DNA from: an uncultured cyanobacterium
GTDB taxonomy: Bacteria; Cyanobacteriota; Cyanobacteriia; PCC-6307; Cyanobiaceae
Length of the DNA stretch: 13,967 nt
Direction: 5' to 3'
Assembly (NCBI GenBank): GCA_963697335.1
Contig: CAVONQ010000013.1
Span: forward strand, 1-13,967
The notes beneath the pieces were generated by a model that was given only the letters and a program-made list of their open reading frames with translations, did not search any database and was not told the DNA's origin. This document shows, in pieces, positions 1-11,091 of this stretch (position 1 is the stretch's first letter; every line of letters begins with the position of its first letter). Made by a program: the position numbers and the translations under genes.

Positions 1-98
1 GCTGCCTCTGCCGCCACCGGTGCCTCTGCTGTCACGGTGTCTCCCTCCTGACTGGTTCCGTCCTGGATCTGCTGGTCCTTGGTGTCCTCAACCGCCAT
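1..98 (-). CDS. rplS: 5' end of a gene running off the window; probably 50S ribosomal protein L19 (acidic N-terminal extension)
   Basis: Minus-strand ATG at 98 preceded by GGAG (104-107, 5-nt spacer). Reads MAVEDTKDQQIQDGTSQEGDTVTAEAPVAAEA with no stop to the window edge. Not in the ORF track. The rplS identity is inferred only from recalled picocyanobacterial synteny (rplS-small membrane protein-map) and the acidic Ala/Glu/Thr-rich leader; the L19 core is not visible. Confidence 0.5.
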   Translation of the reverse strand, partial: MAVEDTKDQQIQDGTSQEGDTVTAEAPVAAEA

Positions 99-145
99 CT
101 CAACTCCGCGTCGCCTGGCCAAACCACCAGTGTACGGGCTGGGGG

Positions 146-481
146 TCACCCCCTCCTGGGGTTCAGCTGACGCTGCAGCCGCTGCACAGCGAGGGCGCCC
201 CCGCTCAGCAGCATCCACAGCAGCCCCAGGCCGTTGAGGAGCACATAGAGGGTCTCGCCATTGGGCCCGAACCACTGCTTCAGCCATTCCCCCTCGTGCA
301 ACAGCATCAGCACGTGGGCCTGGTCGCGGCCCAGGCCGCCCCAGTCGCGCAGCAGCCGGTAGGACACCCCTGTGCACACCGTGAGCAGCAGGGGCAGCAG
401 CACCAGCGGCGCCACGGCGGCATGGGCCTGGCGCAGGCGCAGCAGCAGCGGCGCTGGGGGCCTGGGCTGGGACGGTGTCAC
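146..481 (-). CDS. Small membrane protein, PepSY-associated TM-helix type
   Basis: Part of ORF 146..622. Pattern LRQAHAAVAPLVLLPLLLTVCTGVSYR...LLHEGEW...YVLLNGLGLLWMLLSG has two hydrophobic helices with H...TG and H.G motifs typical of PepSY_TM proteins. Start uncertain: GTG 481 chosen; ATG 553/556 or 622 are possible. Confidence 0.65.
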   Translation of the reverse strand: MTPSQPRPPAPLLLRLRQAHAAVAPLVLLPLLLTVCTGVSYRLLRDWGGLGRDQAHVLMLLHEGEWLKQWFGPNGETLYVLLNGLGLLWMLLSGGALAVQRLQRQLNPRRG

Positions 482-645
482 GCTGAACCGGTGCGTAGGG
501 CGCTTGGGGGCTGGCTGGACGGTGGGCCGCAGGTCTGCCGGCAACGGACCCATCATGGAACTAATGCTGTTGATGGGGTCGGCACTCCTTGGAGGCTCGG
601 GTCCGCCAGAATCAGCACCCATCGTGCCCGCCTCCGCCGATCCGA

Positions 646-1504
646 ATGAACCTGTTTGCCGATCTGCTGGCCAGCACCCGAGCCACCACCGCCCCGTCGC
701 CCCTGGTGCAGGCCGGGCCGCGCATCCAGAAGAGCCGCCGCGGCGTGGAGGTGAAGTCGGCGCGGGAAATCGCCACCATGCGTCAGGCCAGCCGCATCGT
801 GGCCACCGTTCTGCGCGAGATCATGGCGACGGCTGCTCCGGGCATGACCACCGGTGATCTCGATCGCCAGGCCGAGCGTCGAATCAGGGCGATGGGCGCC
901 ATGCCGAGCTTCAAGGGGTACCACGGTTTTCCGGCCAGCATCTGCGCGTCTATCGACAATGAGGTGGTCCACGGCATCCCCAGCGTCGAAACGGGTGATC
1001 AAGGCCGGCGACCTGCTCAAGGTGGATACGGGTGCCTATTTCGAGGGCTACCACGGCGACAGCTGCGTCACCATCTGCGTCGGCGAGGAGACCCCCGAAC
1101 CGGCCCGGCGCCTGGCGCGGGTGGCCCAGGAGTCCCTGATGCAGGGCCTCGCCCGCATCAAGGCGGGCAACACCCTGCTTGACATCGCCGGCGCCGTGCA
1201 GGACCACGTCGAGGCCCATGGCTACGCGGTGGTGGAGGACTACACCGGCCATGGCGTGGGCCGCAACCTGCACGAGGAGCCCTCGGTGTTCAATTTCCGC
1301 ACCCGCGATCTGCCCAACATGACCCTGCGGGCCGGCATGACCCTGGCGGTGGAGCCGATCCTCAACGCCGGCAGCAAGGCCTGCCGCACCCTCAAGGACC
1401 GCTGGACCGTGGTGACCGTGGACGGCAGCCTCTCGGCCCAGTGGGAGCACACGATCGTGGTGAGCTCCGACGGCTGCGAGATCCTCACCGACCGCGACTT
1501 CTGA
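646..1504 (+). pseudogene. map: Type I methionine aminopeptidase, interrupted by a +1 frameshift at ~985-988 (true pseudogene or sequence error)
   Basis: Frame from ATG 646 gives MNLFADLL...[10 protein letters not shown]...[25 protein letters not shown]. The continuation [15 protein letters not shown]...YHGDS...GHGVG..LHEEP...AVEPI...SAQWEHT is in the next frame (ORF 854..1504). 646..1504 is 859 nt (3n+1); removing one base gives a 285-aa MetAP. Confidence 0.9.
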
Positions 1505-1507
1505 GCC

Positions 1508-2260
1508 TCAGCCGCTGGCCTGAGGGCGGGTGAAGGCCCGGAAGTAGAGCCAGCGGCCCAGGGCCGAGAGCGGCATCGTCACGTAGGTGAGGGGGTTGGG
1601 GGTCACGATGATCAGTCCCCAGTTCAGCTCGGCCTGGCGCAGCACCAGGGCGGCCACCAGATCCGGCGCCATCACCCCGATCGGGTTGAGGGCGGAGCGG
1701 AAGGGGCCCAGCACCAGGCGTCGCAGCCGCAGCTGGTCGCCCAGCTCCAGGGCCCGCAGGCTCAGCAGCTGGCCCATCAGGCGTTTGCTGATCTCATAGA
1801 GCGGGCTCAGGGCCGGCTGCACTTCGGCCTCCGAGGTGTTGACCCACACCTCCGGCCGCGGGCGATCCGCGGCGCCGCCACCCTGCTCCCGCTCGGCCGT
1901 CGCCGCGGCAAACAGCTCCAGCAGGCGCCAGCTGCTGAGGGCATTCACCTCCAGGGAGCTGGCCACCGCCTGCTCGGAGCGGCAGCCGTGCACGTTGATG
2001 CCGTGGTTGAGCACCAGCACATCCACCTCCTGGAGCAGGGGAGCCAGCATCTGCTCTTCGCCCACCTGCCAGAGCACCTGCTGGAGCTGGATGGGCCGGC
2101 CGCCGCTGTCGCGCAGGTCCAGCGGGGCCGACCCCGAGCTGAGGGCGATCAGCCGGGCGCCGCGGCGGTGCCACTGGCGCAGCAGCGCCTGGCCCAGGGC
2201 CCCCCTGGCCCCGGTGATCGCCACCGTGGGGGCCTGGGGTCGGGGAGCGGCAGGGGCCAT
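1508..2260 (-). CDS. Short-chain dehydrogenase/reductase (SDR) family oxidoreductase
   Basis: Rossmann motif VAITGARGALG, LVLNHG (NNAG-like), NTSEAE and catalytic YEISK (YxxxK). Resembles the cyanobacterial SDR also found fused to sterol-desaturase-like domains. Confidence 0.88.
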   Translation of the reverse strand: MAPAAPRPQAPTVAITGARGALGQALLRQWHRRGARLIALSSGSAPLDLRDSGGRPIQLQQVLWQVGEEQMLAPLLQEVDVLVLNHGINVHGCRSEQAVASSLEVNALSSWRLLELFAAATAEREQGGGAADRPRPEVWVNTSEAEVQPALSPLYEISKRLMGQLLSLRALELGDQLRLRRLVLGPFRSALNPIGVMAPDLVAALVLRQAELNWGLIIVTPNPLTYVTMPLSALGRWLYFRAFTRPQASG

Positions 2261-2370
2261 CAGGGCAGCACCACGGGGGAGACGAACTCTGCAGGGGAGC
2301 TCGCGGCCACACCGTATGGGGCTGGGCCAGCTGCCTGGGCGGCCGGGGCGTTCGGCCCCGTGGCCCGCCC

Positions 2371-2376
2371 TAGATT
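2371..2376 (+). promoter_or_regulatory. Putative -10 element (TAGATT) for the DRTGG-protein gene
   Basis: TAnnnT hexamer in otherwise very GC-rich DNA, 33 nt upstream of ATG 2410. No clear -35, which is common in cyanobacteria. Confidence 0.3.
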
Positions 2377-2409
2377 GACGCGACCGGCAGCCCTCGGCGA
2401 GGTTGATCT

Positions 2410-3507
2410 ATGGCCCCCACCTTGCTGATCGGCTCCTGCGAACCGTTCAGTGGAAAATCCGCGGTGGTGCTCGGTCTGGCTCGGCGTCTGCGCCGCCAGG
2501 GCCTGGGGGTGCACTTCGGCAAGCCCCTGGCCACCACCCTGGAGGGTGAGGACCTCCCCCCCGCCGGTGAACCCCTGCTGGACGCGGATGTGCGCTTTGT
2601 GGGGGCCACCCTCGGCCTGGAGGCGCACCAGCTGATTCCCTCCCTGGATGCCCTGGAGCCTGCCGTGGCGCGCCAGCGACTGCTGGCGGCGGATCTGGAC
2701 CCGGGCCAGGGCTTTGCCCAGCTGAAGCAACGGCTGGCTCAGGACTTCGACGGCGTCGCCCTGCTCGAGGCCGCCGGCACCCTGCATGAAGGCCTGCTCT
2801 ACGGGCTCAGCCTGCCCCAGCTGGCCCAGGGCCTGGATGCTCCGGTGCTCTTGGTGCAGCCCTGGATCGACAGCCGCAGTGTGGATTCCCTGCTCGAGGC
2901 CAAGGCCCGCCTCGGCGACCATCTGGTGGGGGTGGTGCTGAATGCCGTGGACCCCGCCATGGTGCCCCAGCTCGGCCAGGACATCGTGCCCGCCCTGGAG
3001 CAGCTGGGCCTGCCGGTGCTGGCGGTGATGCCCCGCAGTCCGCTGCTGCGCAGCGTCACCGTGGAGGAGCTGGCCCGTCGCCTCGGCGCTCAGGTGCTCT
3101 GCTGCCGCGACCGTCTCGATCTGCTGGTGGAGACCCTCTCGATCGGGGCCATGAACGTGAATTCGGCCATGGAGTTCTTCCGCCGCCGCCGCAACATGGC
3201 CGTGGTGACCGGCGCCGACCGCACCGACATCCAGCTGGCGGCCCTGGAGGCCTCCACCCAGTGCCTGATCCTCACCGGGGCGGGGGAGCCGCTGCCGCAG
3301 CTGCTCACCCGCGCCGAGGAGCTGGACGTGCCGCTGCTCAAGGTGGAACACGACACCCTCACCACGGTGGAGGTGATCGAGCGGGCCTTCGGGCACGTGC
3401 GGCTGCACGAGGCGGTCAAGGCCACCTATGCGGTGCGCCTGGTGGAGGAACACTTCGATTTCGAGCGTCTTTTCACTCGCCTACGGTTGCCCGCATTGGC
3501 CCAATAA
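2410..3507 (+). CDS. Phosphotransacetylase-family N-terminal protein (BioD-like P-loop + DRTGG domain), no PTA_PTB catalytic domain
   Basis: N-terminal LLIGSCEPFSGKS P-loop, FGKPL, LLEAAG, GVVLN; C-terminal IGAM...VVTGADRTDIQLAALE...LILTGAG DRTGG domain; 365 aa. Confidence 0.9.
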   Translation: MAPTLLIGSCEPFSGKSAVVLGLARRLRRQGLGVHFGKPLATTLEGEDLPPAGEPLLDADVRFVGATLGLEAHQLIPSLDALEPAVARQRLLAADLDPGQGFAQLKQRLAQDFDGVALLEAAGTLHEGLLYGLSLPQLAQGLDAPVLLVQPWIDSRSVDSLLEAKARLGDHLVGVVLNAVDPAMVPQLGQDIVPALEQLGLPVLAVMPRSPLLRSVTVEELARRLGAQVLCCRDRLDLLVETLSIGAMNVNSAMEFFRRRRNMAVVTGADRTDIQLAALEASTQCLILTGAGEPLPQLLTRAEELDVPLLKVEHDTLTTVEVIERAFGHVRLHEAVKATYAVRLVEEHFDFERLFTRLRLPALAQ

Positions 3508-3543
3508 CGCTGCTAGTTTCATGGCGCAGCCTGCGATCTTGCG

Positions 3544-4056
3544 GTGACCCGATCCCTGGATTTTCCCTCCATCGAACGGATCGACACCCTGGCTCAGGAG
3601 CTGGCGATGCTCCAGGACACCAGCAAGCGCAGGATCGCCATCCTGGGCAGCCGCCATGTGCCGGTGGTGTCGATCCACCTGGTGGAAGTGATGGCGCGCT
3701 CCCTGGCCCAGGAGGGCCACAACCTGATCACCTCCGGGGCCCAGGGGGTGAATGCCGCGGTGATTCGCAGCGTTCTGGAAATCGATCCCTCCCGGCTCAC
3801 CGTGCTGCTGCCCCAGAGCCTGGAACGCCAGCCCAGTGAGTCGCGCGATCAGCTTGAACGGGTGCTGCATCTGATCGAGAAGCCTGAGCACGACGAGCTT
3901 CCCCTGCCGATGGCCAGCAGCCTCTGCAATCAGGACATCATCACCCGCTGTGACCAGCTGATCTGCTACGCCTTCCACGACAGCGAGACGCTGCTGGCCA
4001 GCGTGCGGGTGGCCGAGGACATGGGCAAGGTGGTGAGCCTGCTCTACTTCGACTGA
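3544..4056 (+). CDS. DprA/Smf-like Rossmann-fold protein ('DNA recombination-mediator protein A' family, conserved in cyanobacteria)
   Basis: IAILGSR...LAQEGHNLITSGAQGVNAAVIR matches the Smf/DprA (SLOG) motif pattern. At 170 aa it is much shorter than true DprA. GTG start 36 nt after the upstream stop. Confidence 0.8.
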   Translation: MTRSLDFPSIERIDTLAQELAMLQDTSKRRIAILGSRHVPVVSIHLVEVMARSLAQEGHNLITSGAQGVNAAVIRSVLEIDPSRLTVLLPQSLERQPSESRDQLERVLHLIEKPEHDELPLPMASSLCNQDIITRCDQLICYAFHDSETLLASVRVAEDMGKVVSLLYFD

Positions 4057-4076
4057 TCTCGATCAGTGAATCCCCA

Positions 4077-4508
4077 TCAGCCGGCCAGGGCGAGCACCGC
4101 CCTGAGCCCAGCCACGTAGAGGATGCCGCTGCACACCACCCCGGCGGCCCAGCACAGCCCCCGCAGCGGCGGCAGGTTGCCGATGTAGGCCCCCAGGTAG
4201 GCCAGCCGCAGGGCCGGATGCAGCCAGGCTGCCACCACCACCGCCGGCCCCGCGGCCCCCGCCACCAGGCAGAGCAGCACGGCGGGGCCATGCAGCGTGA
4301 AGGCCTCGAAACTGTTTTGATGCGCCCAGCTGGCCCGTTTGCCCCAGGCCGGCAGCCGCTCGAACATGGCGCGCGGCGCCTGCAGGTCGTCCAGGCTGAA
4401 GTCGGCCTGGGAGCGGGCCGCCCCCAGGGGCACCGTGCTCAGCACCACCACGGCCCCGGCCAGCGCCAGGGACCAGGCCAGGGGGACAGCGGCGGCGGTG
4501 ACGCTCAT
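4077..4508 (-). CDS. MAPEG family membrane protein
   Basis: RASWAHQNSFEAF (R..R/W AH.N..E motif) and R-LAYL..Y...P.LR, with four hydrophobic segments. Likely start is ATG 4508 (MSVTAAAVPLAW), 143 aa, within ORF 4077..4637. Confidence 0.88.
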   Translation of the reverse strand: MSVTAAAVPLAWSLALAGAVVVLSTVPLGAARSQADFSLDDLQAPRAMFERLPAWGKRASWAHQNSFEAFTLHGPAVLLCLVAGAAGPAVVVAAWLHPALRLAYLGAYIGNLPPLRGLCWAAGVVCSGILYVAGLRAVLALAG

Positions 4509-4588
4509 GGTGGTCCGGGATGGCGTGGTGCTTGCGCCTGCATGATCGCAGCCGCCTGGGCCAGGATCAGGGCGCGCCCCGGCACCCC

Positions 4589-5566
4589 ATGACATCCTCC
4601 GCTCCCGTTGCCTCGCCTGCGTCAGCGGCGGTGCCACCCAACTGGATCGACAACCGCCATCCCCTCGGCCGCCTGATCGCCCTGCTGCTGGCGGTGGAGC
4701 CCCTGCGACGCCTGATGTTCCTGCAGGCGCGCCAGCTGATCATCCGCACGGCCGAAGGCCGCGGCATCGCCTGGCGGGCCCGGCGGCAGGAGCTGCAGCG
4801 GCAGGCCGAGCCCCTGCTGGAGGCGAGCCGCAGCCCCCACACCCTGACCCCCGCCTACTACCGAGCCCGCTTTCACGCCTATCAGCAGGGCAACCTCTGC
4901 TGGCAGGCGGCCTGTGAGGCCGAGCAGGCCACCGATGCCATGGCCCTGCGGGTCTGGCCCGATGAAGCCCTCACGCCAACCCAGGCCCAGCAACGCCTGC
5001 GGCAGGCGATCTTCGCGGCGATTGAACCCAGTCTTCAGGGCCGTCCGGTGCGGGATGCCCTCGACCTGGGTTGCTCGGTGGGGGTGGGAACCCTGGCCCT
5101 CAAGCACTGGCTGGAGCAGCGCCAGCAGACTCCGGTGAGTGTGCAGGGACTCGATCTCTCGCCCGAGATGCTGGCCGTGGCCAGGGTGCGGGATGCCGGC
5201 CAGGAGATCCACGGCTGGCATCACGCCGCCGCCGAGGCCACCGGCCTGCCGGATGCCTGCCTGGATCTGATCACCCTGCAGTTCGTGTGCCATGAACTGC
5301 CGGCCGCTGCCACCAGGGCAGTACTGGCCGAGGCCTTCCGGCTGCTGCGGCCGTCGGGGGTGATCGCCCTGGTCGACCAGGACCCGGGCTCGGCGGTGAT
5401 CCGCCGTCTGCCCGCCCCGATCGCCACCCTGCTCAAGAGCACCGAGCCCTACCTGGAGGACTACTTCCGCCTCGATCTGCCGGCGGCCCTGGCGGAGGCG
5501 GGCTTCCAGGCGGTGCGGAGCCAGGCCTGCGACCCCAGGCACCGGGTGCTGGTGGCCGTGCGCTGA
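4589..5566 (+). CDS. Class I SAM-dependent methyltransferase
   Basis: Motif I ALDLGCSVG, GLDLSPEML, AAAEATGLPDACLDLITLQFVCHELP, EAFRLLRPSG. The N-terminal YY.ARFHAY.QGNLCW.AA.E signature is typical of cyanobacterial/algal members. Likely start ATG 4589. Confidence 0.9.
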   Translation: MTSSAPVASPASAAVPPNWIDNRHPLGRLIALLLAVEPLRRLMFLQARQLIIRTAEGRGIAWRARRQELQRQAEPLLEASRSPHTLTPAYYRARFHAYQQGNLCWQAACEAEQATDAMALRVWPDEALTPTQAQQRLRQAIFAAIEPSLQGRPVRDALDLGCSVGVGTLALKHWLEQRQQTPVSVQGLDLSPEMLAVARVRDAGQEIHGWHHAAAEATGLPDACLDLITLQFVCHELPAAATRAVLAEAFRLLRPSGVIALVDQDPGSAVIRRLPAPIATLLKSTEPYLEDYFRLDLPAALAEAGFQAVRSQACDPRHRVLVAVR

Positions 5567-5599
5567 GCGGGGTCAGGGGGCCTGGTCTGGCCCGTTTTC

Positions 5600-5605
5600 T
5601 ACGCT
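5600..5605 (+). promoter_or_regulatory. Putative -10 element (TACGCT) for yajQ
   Basis: TAnnnT hexamer preceded by a T-run, 29 nt upstream of ATG 5635, in a 68-bp intergenic gap. Confidence 0.3.
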
Positions 5606-5634
5606 AGCGAAGGCACCGCGCGCTCCCCCTGTCC

Positions 5635-6126
5635 ATGGCTGACACCTATTCCTTCGATGTGGTCTCGGATTTCGACCGCCAGGAACTGGTGAACACCCTC
5701 GACCAGGTGCGCCGGGATGTGGGCCAGCGCTACGACCTCAAGGACTCCGCCACCGAGATCGGCCTGGAGGAGACCAGCCTCACCATCACCACCGCCACGG
5801 ACATGACCCTGCAGGCGGTGGAGGACGTGCTGCGCCAGAAGGCCACCAAGCGCAACCTCTCGCTCAAGATCTTCGACTTCCAGACCCCTGAGGCCGTGGG
5901 CGGCAACCGGGTGAAGCAGGAGGTGAAGCTGCGCAAGGGCCTCAGCAAGGAGCTGGCCAAGGAGCTCAGCAAGGTGGTGCGCGACAACCTCAAGAAGGTG
6001 TCCGTGGCGATCCAGGGGGAGAGCCTGCGGATCACGGCCAAGAGCAAGGACGATCTCCAGGCGGCGATCCAGCTGCTCAGGGACCAGGAGGTGGAGGTGC
6101 CGCTCCAGTTCGAGAACTACCGCTGA
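5635..6126 (+). CDS. yajQ: YajQ family nucleotide/c-di-GMP-binding protein (UPF0234)
   Basis: N-terminal SFDVVSDFDRQELVN, RYDLK, VAIQGESLRITAKSKDDLQ and C-terminal PLQFENYR; 163 aa. Confidence 0.95.
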   Translation: MADTYSFDVVSDFDRQELVNTLDQVRRDVGQRYDLKDSATEIGLEETSLTITTATDMTLQAVEDVLRQKATKRNLSLKIFDFQTPEAVGGNRVKQEVKLRKGLSKELAKELSKVVRDNLKKVSVAIQGESLRITAKSKDDLQAAIQLLRDQEVEVPLQFENYR

Positions 6127-6447
6127 GGGACGCTCCGGACGCTGTTGGCATTGCCGGCCTGTCAAGGGGGCAGGGGAGAGTTGATGGCGTCACCGAATGA
6201 GCTGCCAGTTTCATGTGTGGCCCAGCCAAGGGTGGACATGGTTTCCAGCCCTTGTTAAGGAAAACACCGGCCGGATTGCGCCTTTTGGTTGCTACCGCAG
6301 CTGTCAAGTCGGTTCAGGAGCGACCTGTGCCATCGACCGAAATTCAGGTCAGGCCATCTGAACTGACGATCCCCCAACTGTCCTCTTGCATCCACGCTCG
6401 CCGACGCATTCATTTGTTACGGTGAGTCGCGCCGATGTTTTCTGACG

Positions 6448-6987
6448 ATGAGCGACTGGAATGTTCGCAACCTCCCCTCCTGGATGAGCCAACGCACATC
6501 CAAGAACGGGTCCAGGCTGAGTCTCACGGGTAATAGCTCCTGGGCTGGTCAGCCTGTTGTGGCCAGGGTGAGGATCAGAAACCGCGGCAAGGGCGATGGC
6601 ATTACCAACAGGGTTGTGATCAATCGGGCCATGGCAGCCAGCTGGACGTATCGCGGCAATCTTGATAAGGACAAGGTGGTTTTCGGTGATCAGGCCGGTG
6701 CCATCACCAAGCGCGCAAGAAGTGTGATCAACTTTGGCAATGACAATGTGCGCGACACCTTTGTCTTTAGCAACACCACTCGCACCCATGGCCCTTTCAA
6801 TCACATGCAGAACTTTGTGATCGCCAATTGGGGCAAGCAGGATCGCGTGGTCCTGCGCAACATCGGCGGCAAGACATTCACGAACAAGGATCTGCAAAGC
6901 TTTGGGAATGGTGTGTATGGGTTCAGGGGCGTGCCGCTGGACAAGCTCCGTATCACCTCCCTGGCCTCAGCTTCAGGCCTCGACTGA
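6448..6987 (+). CDS. Hypothetical protein, basic, Asn/Gly/Arg-rich, predicted beta-rich, with RTX/serralysin C-terminal-like pattern
   Basis: 179-aa ORF filling the gap between yajQ and oxoprolinase without overlaps. Protein-like composition. Segments such as FGNDNVRDTFVF and FVIANWGKQDRVVL. Hand-counted GC of sampled lines is 45-55% versus ~73% in a flanking gene line. Confidence 0.72.
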   Translation: MSDWNVRNLPSWMSQRTSKNGSRLSLTGNSSWAGQPVVARVRIRNRGKGDGITNRVVINRAMAASWTYRGNLDKDKVVFGDQAGAITKRARSVINFGNDNVRDTFVFSNTTRTHGPFNHMQNFVIANWGKQDRVVLRNIGGKTFTNKDLQSFGNGVYGFRGVPLDKLRITSLASASGLD

Positions 6988-6994
6988 AGCCTGA
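6967..6994 (+). terminator. Hairpin spanning the stop codon of the orphan gene (possible weak terminator)
   Basis: TCAGCTTCAG-gcctcga-CTGAAG(C)CTGA inverted repeat with a 1-nt bulge, followed only by TTGAT rather than a real U-tract. Confidence 0.3.
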
Positions 6995-7042
6995 TTGATG
7001 AGGTTGATTAGCTTGAATTGACCTTCCGATAGTCGGCTGCCC

Positions 7043-10810
<3,768 letters not shown>

Positions 10811-11065
10811 GGCTCAGCCCTGGGAGATTGCGGCCGCGGCCACGCCAACCGATGCCGCTGGTGAGCAGGGTTGCCATGGGCCTGCATTGTGCAGGGCACG
10901 TGGGAACCGACGCCAGGCCAGCGTGCCTGGTGGTCAACCACACGCTTGCAGCCTGGTTCTCCCTTGCCTTGGGTGTCGCGGTGTACGCCGGACGCCGTAA
11001 AGGCCTGCTGCAGTGGATACAATGAAGTGCGCGAGAATAAGACTTTTTCTGGCCCTGCATCCACC

Positions 11066-11091
11066 TTCGTGGAGCAGGTTCGTGGAGCAGG
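11066..11091. repeat. Perfect 13-bp tandem duplication (TTCGTGGAGCAGG)x2
   Basis: Read directly: 11066-11078 and 11079-11091 are identical. Confidence 0.95.

Noticed and set aside
20..857. Plus-strand ORFs 20..649 and 372..857
   Set aside because: They overlap the PepSY-type gene, the probable rplS start and map; low-complexity, with no motifs.
854..1504. Treating ORF 854..1504 (or 589..1182) as an independent gene
   Set aside because: Each contains only part of MetAP joined to off-frame junk; they are two halves of one frameshifted map.
2260..3453. 397-aa minus-strand ORF whose stop overlaps the SDR start
   Set aside because: Antisense to the well-supported DRTGG protein; His/Gln-rich shadow composition.
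6127..6447. c-di-GMP riboswitch next to yajQ
   Set aside because: No GEMM-I consensus (GGCAAAC...GAAA...GACGCAAAG) found by eye on either strand.
6349..6897. 182-aa minus-strand ORF opposite the orphan gene
   Set aside because: The plus-strand ORF is co-oriented with its neighbours and looks more protein-like; the minus ORF is probably its shadow, though this cannot be fully excluded without homology searches.
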